A DNA stretch of 64,000 nt from the NCBI RefSeq assembly GCF_009914755.1, contig NC_060941.1. One strand, 5' to 3'. Shown piece after piece: positions 1 through 13,403 of the stretch (the first letter of the stretch is position 1; each line of letters begins with the position of its first letter). A program made the translations under genes and the position numbers. Below the pieces are notes generated by a model. The model had not been told where the DNA came from. It did no database searches and saw only the letters and a list, made by a program, of their open reading frames with translations. Origin of the DNA: the human T2T-CHM13v2.0 reference genome, Homo sapiens.

Positions 1-500
1 ACATTTTGTGGAGGACACAAATCTTAGACAGCGCAGCTGGGTTCTCAGCTCAGGGTCTCACATTCAAGGTGTCAGCCAGGCTGACGGGGTTCTCATCTGG
101 ATGCTTCTAAGAAGAATCTGCTTCCAAGCTCATTTGGGTTGCTGGCAGGATTCAGTTCCTCGTTTAAGACTCAGGTCACTGTCTTCTTGCTGGCCATCAG
201 CTGGGAGCTGCTCTCAGCAGCTGGGGGCCACCTGCATTCCTTGAGATGTGCCCCCTCCATCTTCAAAGCCAGCCATGGAGACCTTCTCCCCAGTTGAATC
301 CTTGCCAAGCTTCCGATCTCTCTGCCTTCTGCCTCTGGCCTCTAGACTCAGATGGAAAGGGCTCCTGTGACCAGCTGGAGCTCACCCAGACACTCCCCCT
401 TTTTAAAAGTCAGCTATGCCTCATCACATAGCCTGACTGGGAGTGACTACCCCATCACATTTATGGTTCACGTGTACACTCAAGGACAGGGGTGGGAATC
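1..500 (-). mobile_element. Old MaLR LTR (MLT1-type), partial
   Basis: MLT1-like motifs: caaggtgtcagccagg, ctcatctgg, gcttccaagctcat, gcaggattcagttcct. Confidence 0.6.
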
Positions 501-1019
501 CTACATGCCACAGTCACTGTGATTCTACATGCCACAGTCACTGACTAGTCATGAGAGCTGGTAAAGGGTAATGAGCCCCTGTGGGCCTCAATGTTCTGTT
601 CTCTAAAATGGGGTGGTTATAGATAAGCAAAGTACCTAGCATGTAGTAGATACTTGATACATCTACGAGCCACCCTTTTCCACCTAACAGTTGTCTCCCA
701 AGCCCCTAATCAAGGCCCAGCTTTCCCTGCTGTACATTCTTTGCAGAATGTGTCCTAAGTAGAGTTGCACCTCCCTATAGAAGGGAAGGGGTTAGAAGCT
801 TAGTGCAGAGTCCCTTAAGCTTACAGGGCAGAATAATCTCAGATGTCAGCTAGAAATGCTTTCCTTCAGTCGCACCCCCCTGATATTCTCCTTCAGTGGG
901 GCTGTGGTGGGGCCAGGTTCTGCCTTTGTACTAAGCACCCTGAGTGATTCTGATGTGGCCGATCTGTAGACCACACCGAGGCATCCCGCGAGCGATGACT
1001 GCGCCGACTCCGAGTCAGC

Positions 1020-1150
1020 CAGTTGGGTTTCAAAGTCTGAGCCCACTGTTCCTGGCAGGGTGTCCCTGGAGGAATGGCTGGACTTCTCTTAGTGTCCTCA
1101 TCTGTAAAATGGGGATAATAACAGTTGCCTCACTGGGTGGCTCTGTGGAG
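1020..1150 (+). mobile_element. MIR
   Basis: Core tcctcatctgtaaaatggggataataacag. Confidence 0.75.
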
Positions 1151-1741
1151 CATGCAATAATCCACAATAGTGGATTTGCAATTACAGTAATAATTGCAAT
1201 TATAATAGTTATTGCAAATGCAATAATTCATGATTATTGAGTAAAGTGCTCAGTCCAGGGCCTCACATTTGCTGTGTTCTCACTGTGAATTAATGATGTG
1301 ATTGTTATTACTATAATAACCCCATGGCCCTGGGCGTGGGCCTGGCTTTTGCTCTGCCACCCTGTGGGATTCTGGGCAGTGAGGGGGAATGATGGGCTCT
1401 GAGCTGCTGTTTGGGAACAGAATCTCGTTTGAACTTCAGGGAGCTGGTGGGAAGGAATGAGACAAGCCCTCCATGCCCTCCTGGCCCTGCCCTCAGTGGC
1501 CCCTGGCCTTTCTTCCCCCACCAGAGCTGTTCTTGGGTGCGCCTGCCCTTCCCTGTTCAGGCTGGGACCTGCCCATGCAGGTGATCTGAAAGCCAGGCCA
1601 CCCTCTGCAGGAGCCACCTGCTCAGGGACCAGGGCTACCTCCTTCAGCCCGGGGGCAGTGCCCAGATCCCGGGGTCAGCCAGCTCTCACTGAGCAGGGCA
1701 ACTATGTGGCTGTGCTGTGTGTTAGGCCTTTTGTGCTCTGA

Positions 1742-2108
<367 letters not shown>

Positions 2109-3030
2109 TTCATGCCAGGCTTTGATGTGGCTTGGGCCACAGCAGGCCTTTAGGAGGGAATCCAGCAAACCCAGGCCCATGGGCCAGTGTGTTCCGCCAT
2201 GGGAAAAGTGGTGATAGCAGACAGGCTCACTGAAAATTCCGATTTTAATTTCCTTTTGTCTGCTTTCAGGCAACTTTGGGCTGTAAATGCCAGATTTACC
2301 CCTCCTGGCCTATGCTCTGGGGGCTGGGGCCATGGTGGCCCAGGAAGGTTGAGATACTTCCCCTTTCTCCACTGAACACCTCCTCGCCATGTATTCCTGT
2401 TTCCTTCTCCCCAGCCTGGCCTGGTTCCACATTCAACCTTTCTTCCTGACCACCCCGGCTCTGCCTGAGGGGAGATCTGGGAAGGTGCTGGGCCTAGACC
2501 ACCCCAAAAGGGTGGTCACTGTGGATACTGGGCAGGGCTCAGAGCAAGGAGGGGCCTCAGGCCCGGAGCAGTCAGGAAGGCATGAGCTGGGACTTCTTCT
2601 GTCACCTCCACTTATCAGCTAAAAGTGTTTTAAATGCCTCCAGACCTGAGGTTGGGGCCCAAGGATGGAGAAGGCAGGGCATGGGCTGTGGCAGGTACTA
2701 TGCATTGCTCATTTGGGGACTGGAGTTGAGGGGTGATCGGGAATGCAGCCTGGCCATACTCCAGCATCCTTGGCCTGGAAGAAGGTCAGTTCATGTCCCG
2801 GGATACAACTGCTTAGCCCTGGGACTGTGACCAGGGCTGGGCGACAGGCAGGTCCCTGGACAGGAGGCCTCTGTGTGGCTGTGCCATTGTCATAGGTAGC
2901 TTTGGACACCGTTCCCAGCTCCCTAGGAGGCAGCCATATCAGGCCCGCACTCTTGTCGCTGGAAGGGGACTAAGTTAGCAGAGGACAGCCCAGGGGCCCT
3001 GCTGGCTGGGGCCATGCAACTCACCACTGA

Positions 3031-3540
<510 letters not shown>

Positions 3541-4670
3541 TAAGAACCCGAAGGGGACGTGCCGTATGCATGGGTGGCTGTGGGTGTGCAGGCCTCTGCA
3601 TGTGAATATGCATGCTTTGGGCTGGGGACTGGGATGGGTGAGAACAGATACCCCAGGCAGCCCACTCAGATCCCTTGGCCACTGGAAGATATTCAGAAAC
3701 TCAGTTTTGTCCTCTGCTGTCCTCCCGAGGGAGAAGGAACAGGTGTCCTTCTTTTTCATCTTCCAAATCTTTTCCATTTTTCCAAATCTCTTTTCCCCTT
3801 ATATGTTCTTCCACTCACATTGTCCCATCCCAAGACCGTTATTAGTCTAAGAAACCCATTGCATCTGTAAAGAGCAGGAAAGATTGGTGGCAGCAGTGGG
3901 AGCTGCAGGTGTTGGGATGCCCTGGGCATGCTTCTGGGTGCTCCAGCCCCTCCCTCACCATAAGTGCCCTTGCCTCCCTTCCCCCACCCTAAGGAAACCT
4001 TCCCACCCTCCTCTGCATCCATTGGCACAGTCTCTTAGAGGGACTTTCAGGGAGCCTTGTTCTGGCAGTCATTTCTGTGAAAATGAAAGTGCGTAGCCTT
4101 TGCCTGAGGGGGGGCCCCTCTAAACTTCATTTTGGGTGGTCCTGCAAGCCTGATCTCTGAGAACCCCCAGTTCCCTGAGACAGGCCAGAGGGGGCAGAAC
4201 TAAGGCTCTGAGGAGTGCTCCATAACGCCTGGATCAGAGCAGAAAGAAAACTTGTGAGCGATGCAACACAGAGAATCAGCTCCTACACTTACTGAGTTTT
4301 GGGGGAGACAGTCAGGGGCACCCCTGCACCAATCAACATGTGTTTGGCCTCGTCTGGGCTTGGAGAAGAAAGCACCATGCAGAAGTCTTAGGTTGCCAGG
4401 GATACCCGGGGACAGCCAGGCAGAGGTTGTTATCCCTCCTGCCTGTGTCGCTTAGGGGGAGAGGGAGGAGCAGGTGACTCTAGTTGCCTTAGGAGAAGGG
4501 TCAGAATCCTGTGTGAGTGTGTCTATTGATTTTTCCCAACAGGCCCTGCAGAGGGAATATTCCAGCTTTGGGGCCGCTGCTATGCCTCATACATGGGCTT
4601 GGGACTTTAAAAGGCTCTCTTCTCAAGGGCCACTACTTCCTCAGAAGGCAGTTTTTTGTTTGTCTGGGTG

Positions 4671-4966
<296 letters not shown>

Positions 4967-5167
4967 ACCCATGAAGTCAGTTTAAAGGGGTTGATGACTA
5001 AGTCCTGGTATGTCCTACAGGGACCTCCTGAATCCATCAAAACCACAGGGATCCGAGCACCTCAAAAATGAAAACAAAGCACCTTCAGAATTATTTTTCA
5101 TTCAAAATGAAAATATGAATCCCCAATAAAAAGATTCCACCAAGCCAATCACTGCACACACAACCTT

Positions 5168-5206
5168 TGTAGTCAAATGCTCTACCCCTGAGCTATACCT
5201 GCCCCC
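5168..5206 (-). pseudogene. 5' half of tRNA-Cys(GCA), tailless retropseudogene
   Basis: Minus strand GGTATAGCTCAGGGGTAGAGCATTTGACTACA matches the 5' portion of mammalian tRNA-Cys (GGGGGTATAGCTCAGGGGTAGAGCATTTGACTGCA) at 31/32 and stops at the anticodon. Confidence 0.85.
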
Positions 5207-5325
5207 ACCACAGTCTTTGGCAAATGCACCTGGTATGTTCATCTTCAAGGATGTCAGGATGATTTGGGGAGGTGCAGTCCCTCCTGCCCCTGCCCCTACA
5301 TTACTGGCTTTCCTCTTGCACCTGA

Positions 5326-5460
<135 letters not shown>

Positions 5461-5755
5461 GGAAAGAGGCAGGCTGAGCTGGGGGCTCTGGACCAGGAAG
5501 ATGCTCTGACAGATGCCATGGTATGGGCCACAGGACACACTTGCTCGAGAACCAAAGTGCATTTGGGTGACATTTGAAGATTGGGGAGACAAGATGGGGT
5601 AGATTGTGGCAAAGAATGCTCTGGCTGGTTACCAGGGGCCAACTCCTTCTCCTCTTCCTGACCCTCCCTCCCCTGGGCAGAAGAAACGCATGTGGACCAG
5701 AAGACTTTCCCTGCTGCCTTAAAACCAATAAAAGGTTAACTTTAAGTTTCTTGGA
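5461..5755 (+). other. RGS9: RGS9 3' UTR (3' end approximate)
   Basis: Follows the stop codon and runs to just past the AATAAA signal. Confidence 0.75.
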
Positions 5756-5780
5756 ATGTTAGTGTGTGTCTGGTTTTGTT
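5727..5780 (+). terminator. Polyadenylation signal with downstream GU/U-rich element
   Basis: AATAAA at 5727-5732, followed about 30 nt later by gtgtgtgtctggttttgtt. Confidence 0.8.
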
Positions 5781-5994
5781 AGTAATTTGTGAGCTATTAT
5801 TTATGAGTTAAACTCACGTCTTCTTCAATCTTCTGGACAAAGGGACATTGAGTCGCTTCCAAGAGCTCTCTCCTTGTCTAAATGGGTTTGTGCACAATGC
5901 TTTTCTCATCAGCAGAGCTCCCCAGGGGATGCCCCGGGGCATGGCATCTCACAGGAATGGACAGAGGGCTGGGAGCAGGCACACTCCTAAAATG

Positions 5995-6540
5995 CCAGGT
6001 GTGTTGCCTCAGGTCCTCCAAGAAGCAGACACCAAGGTGAGATTCGATGGACAAGAGATTTGTTGGGGAAAACACCTGTGGTAGATAAAGGAAGGGCCAG
6101 AGCTGGAGAAAGTTGAAGTTGAGTGTTGAGGGGGTTCGGGGCGGGGGGCAGTCCAGACCGTGCTGCAAGTCTGACCTCTGGGCAGGGAGAGTCTTAGATG
6201 GCAGTGCAGTCCAAGAAAGTTTTGAACAGGCTGCTGGGGTGTCCTTTATGCAGTCCAAGAAAGTTTTGGCCAGGCTGCTGGGGTGTCCTTTGTGCAGTCC
6301 AAGAAAGTTTTGACCAGGCTGCTGGGGTGTCCTTGAGCCAAAGTCATTGCTGGAGAGGGCCTGCATCTCTGGGAACGGCCCTGCATTCGTACCCCCACGG
6401 TGCATGGTCATGTGCTGGGAGATCCCGTGGAAAGCCTGACCTTGGCATGGATATGCTGGTGGATCCTGAGCTGCAGCAGCTTGGCCATCAGCCCGCGTGC
6501 TCCCTGCAGTTGGAGATCTGAGTGCTCCTTTTCACTTCCG
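5995..6540 (-). mobile_element. Old ERVL-class LTR (LTR16/LTR33-like)
   Basis: aagaagcagacaccaaggtgagattcg...agagatttgttgggg terminal motif; similar pieces near 32260 and 39100. Confidence 0.5.
6204..6334. repeat. 44-bp tandem repeat, 3 copies
   Basis: tgcagtccaagaaagttttgRMcaggctgctggggtgtcctt starts at 6205, 6249 and 6293. Confidence 0.95.
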
Positions 6541-6719
6541 CTGCACTAGGCCAGTGGGAAATTCTAGAGGTTTGGGCTTTGGTGTGCTCCTCCCACCTCC
6601 CCTCCTAGTTACTCACTCAACATGTGTTTATTGAGTCCCTACTATGTGCCAGACGCTATGACAGGCGCTGGGGATGTTGCTGTGAGTAGGACTCCTTGTC
6701 TCATGGAATTCATCCGGGA

Positions 6720-6945
6720 CAGTGTTTCTCCACCAGGTCAATGTTGCCCTCTAGGGAACACCGGTCAGTGTTTGGAGACATTTTTGGTTATCAAGACTGC
6801 GGCAGTGGGTGGGGGTTGCTACTGGTGTCTAGCAGGTAAAGGCCAGGGACGCTGCTAAGTATCCTACAATGCACAGAAGCTCCCACAACAGAAGATTATC
6901 AGTTCAAACCACCAGTGGTGCCACTGTTGAGAAACCCCGCACTAG
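6720..6945. mobile_element. MER20 DNA transposon, preceded by an L2 3' end (~6610-6710)
   Basis: cagtgtttctc...tttggagacatttttggtt...gctactggtgtctag...gctgctaagtatcctacaatgcacag...ttgagaaacc. Confidence 0.8.
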
Positions 6946-7964
6946 AGATTACAGCGTATGTACTTGTCCCTGGTTTCTGCGCATGCTCTGAAGTATTGCC
7001 CCAAACGGCACTGCTGGGATCATAATTAGATTGGACAGCGGGTTGCGATTAAGGGCTACGCGGTGAATAAAACAGCTCTTAAAAGTTGCATAGGAAGTCC
7101 TCACAGGAGAAAAAAATCAAGTGGTTTGCCAAACCACTCATTATACCCCTCCCCTTTAGCCCTCAACTTCCTCAGAATTCAATTAGTAGATAAGAGCCCC
7201 TGACTTGCTTTTAACCTCTGACAACTTATTTAGCCCATAAATACTGGGGTTGCTGACTCATCTCTGCACACTTCTACAAATGAATGTTGGGTGGGTGCAT
7301 GGCTGAAACCTAGATTTGCTAATCCCCGTAGGGAAAACACAGAGCTTCAATACTTAAAGACCATTGCTCATTGTAGATTTTACTGAATCTATTCCACTGG
7401 GCTCACAAGAGTCACTCACAAAGGGCTAAGAAAAATTTTCCCCCAGAATGTAAGTGAGAGAGTCTGGTCCTTTCTTGGAAGAGTGAGTGAGCTGTTAACC
7501 TGATGCCTTTATTTGCAATGCTGATCTAAAATGAGATGAAAGGCGAAGCAATCCACACCCTTAGTTTACTACCAGCCAATGTCAAGAAATAAGGAGAATC
7601 TCAACCCTAGGTTTGTATATCAGTGTTTAAGGGTTCCTCTCCTAAGCCCCCAGGGTCCTAAAGAGAAACTAAGCCCACATGGAAACTAAGATCCACATGG
7701 ATAGAGCGTCAATGACAGAAGGCTCCAGAATCCACTGGTTGGATTAAATAAAGTCCAGGCTATAGTTCAGTAATAAATAGACCTCAGAAGGGAGGAAGTG
7801 GGTTCAAACATGACAGAGTTTCTGTCTGTAACACAGAGTTGCCTAAAGGCAGTAGGGCAGTCCAGGTCATGGGCTGGAAGTGAATGGAGGCCAGGGAAGA
7901 GAAAAAAAAATCCAACAACCAATAAATTTTTTTATCTTGTTGCTCCACCCATCCCCTGGTCACA

Positions 7965-8125
7965 AGTATGATGCTCCTCCATCTTGTCTGGACATTAGAA
8001 TCCACTGGGGAAACTTGAAAGATCCCGCTGTCCAGGGCACACGCACAGAGCTGTGACACTGGGATTTTTTTTAGCGCCTCTCCCAGGTGATGTCTATGTC
8101 CAGGTGAGCTTGAGAACCACTGCCT
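7965..8125. mobile_element. MER5-like hAT-Charlie relic
   Basis: cattagaatc...ctcccaggtgat...ttgagaaccactg. Confidence 0.6.
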
Positions 8126-8470
8126 TGAGGTAGTGATTGAAGCTGGTTCACCACCCCTACACCCATGCCCATACCCAGGGGATAACTGAAAAAGAGGCAA
8201 TGGTGGGAAGGTGGCTTCATCTTAAGTTCACAACCAGGAAGTAGCATGGGTCATTTCCATTCACATCCCATTGGTTGGCCTTTGGTCACATGACCATGGC
8301 TAGCTGCACGGGAGTCCGGGAAATGTAGTCTTCAGTTAGGCCAGTTTGTGAGTAGTTAAACTTCTAGAGATTTAGCTAGAGGAAGGAAGATGGGGAGAGT
8401 GGATATTGGCGGACACTTGGTCTCTCCCACAGTGGAATTATTACACAGTTTTGGGGGTAATGGGTTACAC

Positions 8471-8508
8471 TAACATAACATAACGTAACATAACATAACA
8501 TAACATAA
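8471..8508. repeat. (TAACA)n microsatellite
   Basis: About 7 pentamer units. Confidence 0.9.
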
Positions 8509-9379
8509 TGCAAGAGGTGGGGCAAGAGGAGACGGGAGTGACCAGTTAGTTTCTGTTTGGCCAATATTTGGTAAATGCCTATAAAATGTAGCTATGCTGT
8601 ATTCCATGGTTGGGTGCTTTCCACTTGCTCAAGGCTGAACACCGGCTAGGTGTCAAACACCAAGTGAGGTCCTGGGAATAAAGTTGATTCCCTCATGGAG
8701 GTGCTATCATTGCTTGAGGAGCAAGCTGGGGGCATTGGATCTAGTCCATGTTGGGGGAGTGCAGGGCTGTGGGCTGTGGGAATCCTGCCGCCTGCCTTTC
8801 CAGCTTGGAACAGCTCCTTGATTTCCTCATCTGTGAACTGGGAGTAACAATTTGACCTTCTTCACAGGGCTGCTTGGAAACCTATAGAGTGATATGGATA
8901 TAACTGTGTTGGCTGCTCAGAACCTTATGTAGTGCAAGAAAAAAACAGTTTTGTTTTTTCCCCAAGATGCTCCTTTAAACCTATGCTGCAAGTTATTTCT
9001 TTTCCTAAACCTGGATGAAAACTCTGAGAAGTCCCATAACTTTTCTGGTCACTTTTAGATAATACAGATCCTCCAGGTATGATCAGTGACAAGGACAGTC
9101 TCCATTTAGTTCTGTATGCAGTTCAATGTTAGTGTAATAAGCAAAACTTGGAACTTCATTCAAAGGTAAGGTTCCTTCCCTCCTTGGGCTTGGGCTGTTG
9201 CAGCTGGGATGTCTGCAGGGGGGTCGGAGGGGGGACCCCGGAAAAGCAGAGGTAGGGTGGGAGAACAAGGAGGTTCTTAGTTGACTAACACATAAACCAT
9301 TCAACATGGTGCTCTTGGGATCCCCCTACTGGCTCTCACTTAGGTAGAGGGTTTCCTAGATTTTTGAGGCCTTCTAGCC

Positions 9380-9745
9380 TGATATGGTTTGGCTCTGTGT
9401 CCCCACCCAAATCTCATCTGGAATTGTAATCCCCACATGTTGAGGGAGGGACCCGGTGGAAAGTGACTGGCTCATGGGGGCGGTTTCCCCCATGCTGTTC
9501 TCACGATAGTGATTGAGTCTCACAAGGTCTGATTGTTTTATAAGTGTTTGGCATCTCCTCGGGCTCTCTCTCTTTCCTGCTGCCTTGTGAATAAGATACT
9601 TGCTTCTCTTCTGCCTTTTGCCATGATTGTAAGTTTCCTGAGGCCTCTCCAGCCATGTGGAATTGTGAGTCAATCAAACCTCTTTTTAAATAAATTACCC
9701 AGCTGCAGTTAGTTCCTTACAGCAGTGTGAGAATGAACGAACACC
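9380..9745 (+). mobile_element. THE1-type MaLR solo LTR
   Basis: tgatatggtttggctctgtgtccccacccaaatctcatc...ccatgattgtaagtttcctgaggcc...aattaccca. Confidence 0.9.
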
Positions 9746-10429
9746 ACTAACAGGGTGAAATCATTGAGTCTGAGAGGAGGCAGGGCTGCTTCCTGCTTAT
9801 TTGCTGAGGAAGAAAAGAAGAAGGCCAATGATTCATGAGCTGGGAAGGCTGAAGGAAGCCGGGATCCGGGGATACTTCATGCCTCACACACCCCAGCTTC
9901 AGAGGTCAGCCCTCCCCTCTGGGCAGCTGTCACCTCCTCACACTTCACCAGAAGAGGGAGTCCTAGGCTCACAGATCCCTAAAGAGAGGCGGCTGGGAGT
10001 TTCTTGTTAGCATTCAGAGACCTGTGTCAGAGAAGGGAGAGGGGCTTGAAGAACGGTGCCTTCCTTTTTGGAAAGCCAGATTGGGGTGTGGGGGTAGCAG
10101 GATAAGCTGGCCAAAGTGGGGACCCATGAGAGAGAAGCATCTTGTCTACCTGTGCAACCCTGGGTGACTGTGGGGCCCTTATGTGGCTCTCCTGGCTATT
10201 GTGAGCTTATGGGGACCAGGGATGGGGAGGCTGGGAGGAGGGAGGCAAGGCTCTGTCCCTAGTGGCTTTGAGTGAGGGTTGGAACCCTCTGCAGAAAATC
10301 TCCAGCAGAAAGAAAGAAAACCCCCTCCCTCTCCTGCCGACTGCGGCCAGAAGAATCCCACTCTCGAAGGGCATTTGTGTCAAGCTCTGACTCCTAGGAC
10401 TGGAGGCCCACGAAGCCTCATTCATTTTT

Positions 10430-10712
10430 CTTTTTTAGAGACAGGGTCTTGCTCTGTCACCTAAGCTAAAGTGCAGTGGTGATCATAGTTCACTGCAGCC
10501 TAGAACTCCTGGTGATCCTCCCACTTCAGCCTCCCAAGTAGCTGGGATTACAGGCACTTGCCACCACACCTGGCTAATTTTTTAATGCTTTTTGTAGAGA
10601 TGGGGTCTCCCTGTGTTGCCCAGGCTGGTCCTGAACTCCTGGGCTCAAGTAATCCTTCTGCCTTGGCCTCCCAAAGTGCGGGGATTACAGGCATGAGCCA
10701 CTGTGCCTGGTC
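10430..10712 (-). mobile_element. Alu (AluJ-type)
   Basis: Diverged antisense Alu with gctcaagtaatcc and gagacagggtct. Confidence 0.9.
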
Positions 10713-11784
10713 CCTCATTCATCTTTGACGACAACCTGAGGGATTACAGCTCCCCTGCTGAGGGGGTGAGGCTTGAGCTGGGGCACCCAGAGGGACCAGA
10801 ATGGGGTGGCATGTAGGGGGGATAAACGGGATCAGAAAACAATCTTTTAAACTATTCAGCTGGTAGGAGAGACCTGTGTATGGCCTCATGAGAGGCGACT
10901 GAGGGAGGGGCAGTCTCTTTTTCTTCTGGGAAGAACAGAATGAGAGTATTCATGGACTCCTGGGAGTGGGGGGAGTATATTTATTAGGGACAGCTGGCTT
11001 GGGATATTGGCTCTGGTTACAGCAGCATCAGCTATGTCTAAGGAGGGGCGGGAGCCTGCGTGCATAGAGGTGCGCGTGTGCACACAAGCGCCCAGGGCCA
11101 CACTCTGGTCCATGCACAGTCTGGTCCATGCAGGCATGGACTGTCTGTGTGGCGCATGCATGGAGCGCTGTGGCTATGCGCCTGGTACTGGCACAGGTGT
11201 CAGGGGAACACTATGCCACCTCTAATACAGCGGTTACTCCATGGGAACATGGAGAGGCTTGTGGAAAGCATCACCAGGATGTTTGTGAGAAGCTCTATGC
11301 TTTACGAAGCGCACTTCTGTCTCCCTGACCCATCATGTTTAGGGAAAGGGGAGCGCAGTGTGTTAGACGAGGCAGCTGGGGTACGGAGGGGCTAAACGAA
11401 TGTGACCAAAGTCATACTCTGGGCTGGTCCTGGGCACATTACAGCAGGTCTCCCTACAGAGCCTTTAGAAAACGTTTTCACAGTCCATCTTCTAACTTTT
11501 GCACGCTTTATTCCCTCACCTTAACCCGTAGGTAGCTATCAAGTTGTTTTGTCGTGAAGGACTCCATCATGGGGAGTTAGGGATTCAGACAACCACAGCT
11601 TACAGGCCTACATTTAAAGATCCCCTCGTGAATTCCTGCTCACATTTAGTCCTCACTACAGTGTTGGGAGGCGGGAGACCACCTTCAGTTTGCAGATGTG
11701 ATTTCCCCACTTACAAGTGGTAGAAACACTCCAATTGAAGCCTAATGCCATTTATTCTCTCTTTCTCTGTATATACACACGTTA

Positions 11785-12195
<411 letters not shown>

Positions 12196-12548
12196 TTACT
12201 TAGAATTGCCTAAAGTTAACATTTTGCCCTAATTATTTCTAATGCTTAAAAAAAGGTAAAATTTTATCTTTATTCTCCTTTTCTCATCTACCGTCCCTCT
12301 CATCTTCTATGTCAACAATTTCTTTTTCAGTAAATGGTCAGTTAATAAATATTTTAGACGTTGCAGGCCACATGTGGTCTCTCTTCCTCCTCCTCCTTCT
12401 TCTTTCTTCTTCCCTTTCCTTCAACCACTAAAAAATGTAATATCAATCACCCTTTCCTGATAAAGGTTTAATACCCAGAATATATAAAGAATTCCTCCAA
12501 CTCAACAATAACAACAAAAACAAACAACTTGATTAGAAAATGGGCAAA

Positions 12549-12840
12549 GGAGCAGGTGTGGTGGCTCATGCCTGTAATACCGGCACTTTGGAAGACCGAG
12601 ATGGGCGGATCACTTGAGCTCAGGAGTTTGAGATCAGCCTGGGCAACATGGTGAAACCCCATCTCTGTCAAAAATACAAAAATTAGCCAGGCATGGTGGT
12701 GCATGCCTGTAGTCCCAGCTACTCAGGAGGCTGAGGAGGAGGATCACCAAAGCCCAGGAAGCGGAGGTTGCAGTGAGCAAAGATCATGCCACTGCACTCC
12801 AGCCTGGGCGACAGAGAGGGACTCTGTCTCAAAAAAAAAA
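12549..12840 (+). mobile_element. Alu
   Basis: Full dimer inside L1; flanks repeat tgggcaaagga. Confidence 0.95.
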
Positions 12841-13403
12841 GGGGGGGGGAGTGGAGGGGCAGTGGGCAAAGGACTTGAATAGACATTTCTCCAAAGAAGA
12901 TATACAAATGGCCAATAGCACCTGAAAAGATGCTCAACATCACTAATCATCAGGAAAATGCAAATCAAAACTACAATGAGATATGACTTCACACCAACTA
13001 GAATGTCTGTTATAAACACCAAACAAAATAAAACAGAAAAATGGTGTAGCCACTATGAAAAACAGTATAGTGTTTCCTTTAAAAATTGAAAACAGAGTTG
13101 CCATGCGATGCGGTAATTCCATTTCTGGTTAGATATCCAAAAGAATTGAAAGCAGGGACTCAAACAGATATTTGTATACCTGTGGTCATAGCAGCATTAA
13201 TCATAATAGCTAAACTTTGGAAACAATTCAAATGTTCATCAGTGGAGGAATGGATAAACAAAATGTTGTCTATACATATAAAGGAATATTGTTCAACCTA
13301 AAAAGGAAGGATATTCTGACACATGCCACAACATGGAAGAACCTTGAAGATGTTATGCTAAGTGAAATAAGCCAGTAATAAAAGGACAAATACTGTATGA
13401 TTC

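Noticed and set aside
5168-5206. Functional tRNA-Cys gene
   Set aside because: Only the 5' half is present; no B-box/T-arm or 3' acceptor strand, and the anticodon is mutated.
6204-6334. Repeat array as CRISPR-like
   Set aside because: Head-to-tail units with no unique spacers, no cas genes, and a primate genome context.
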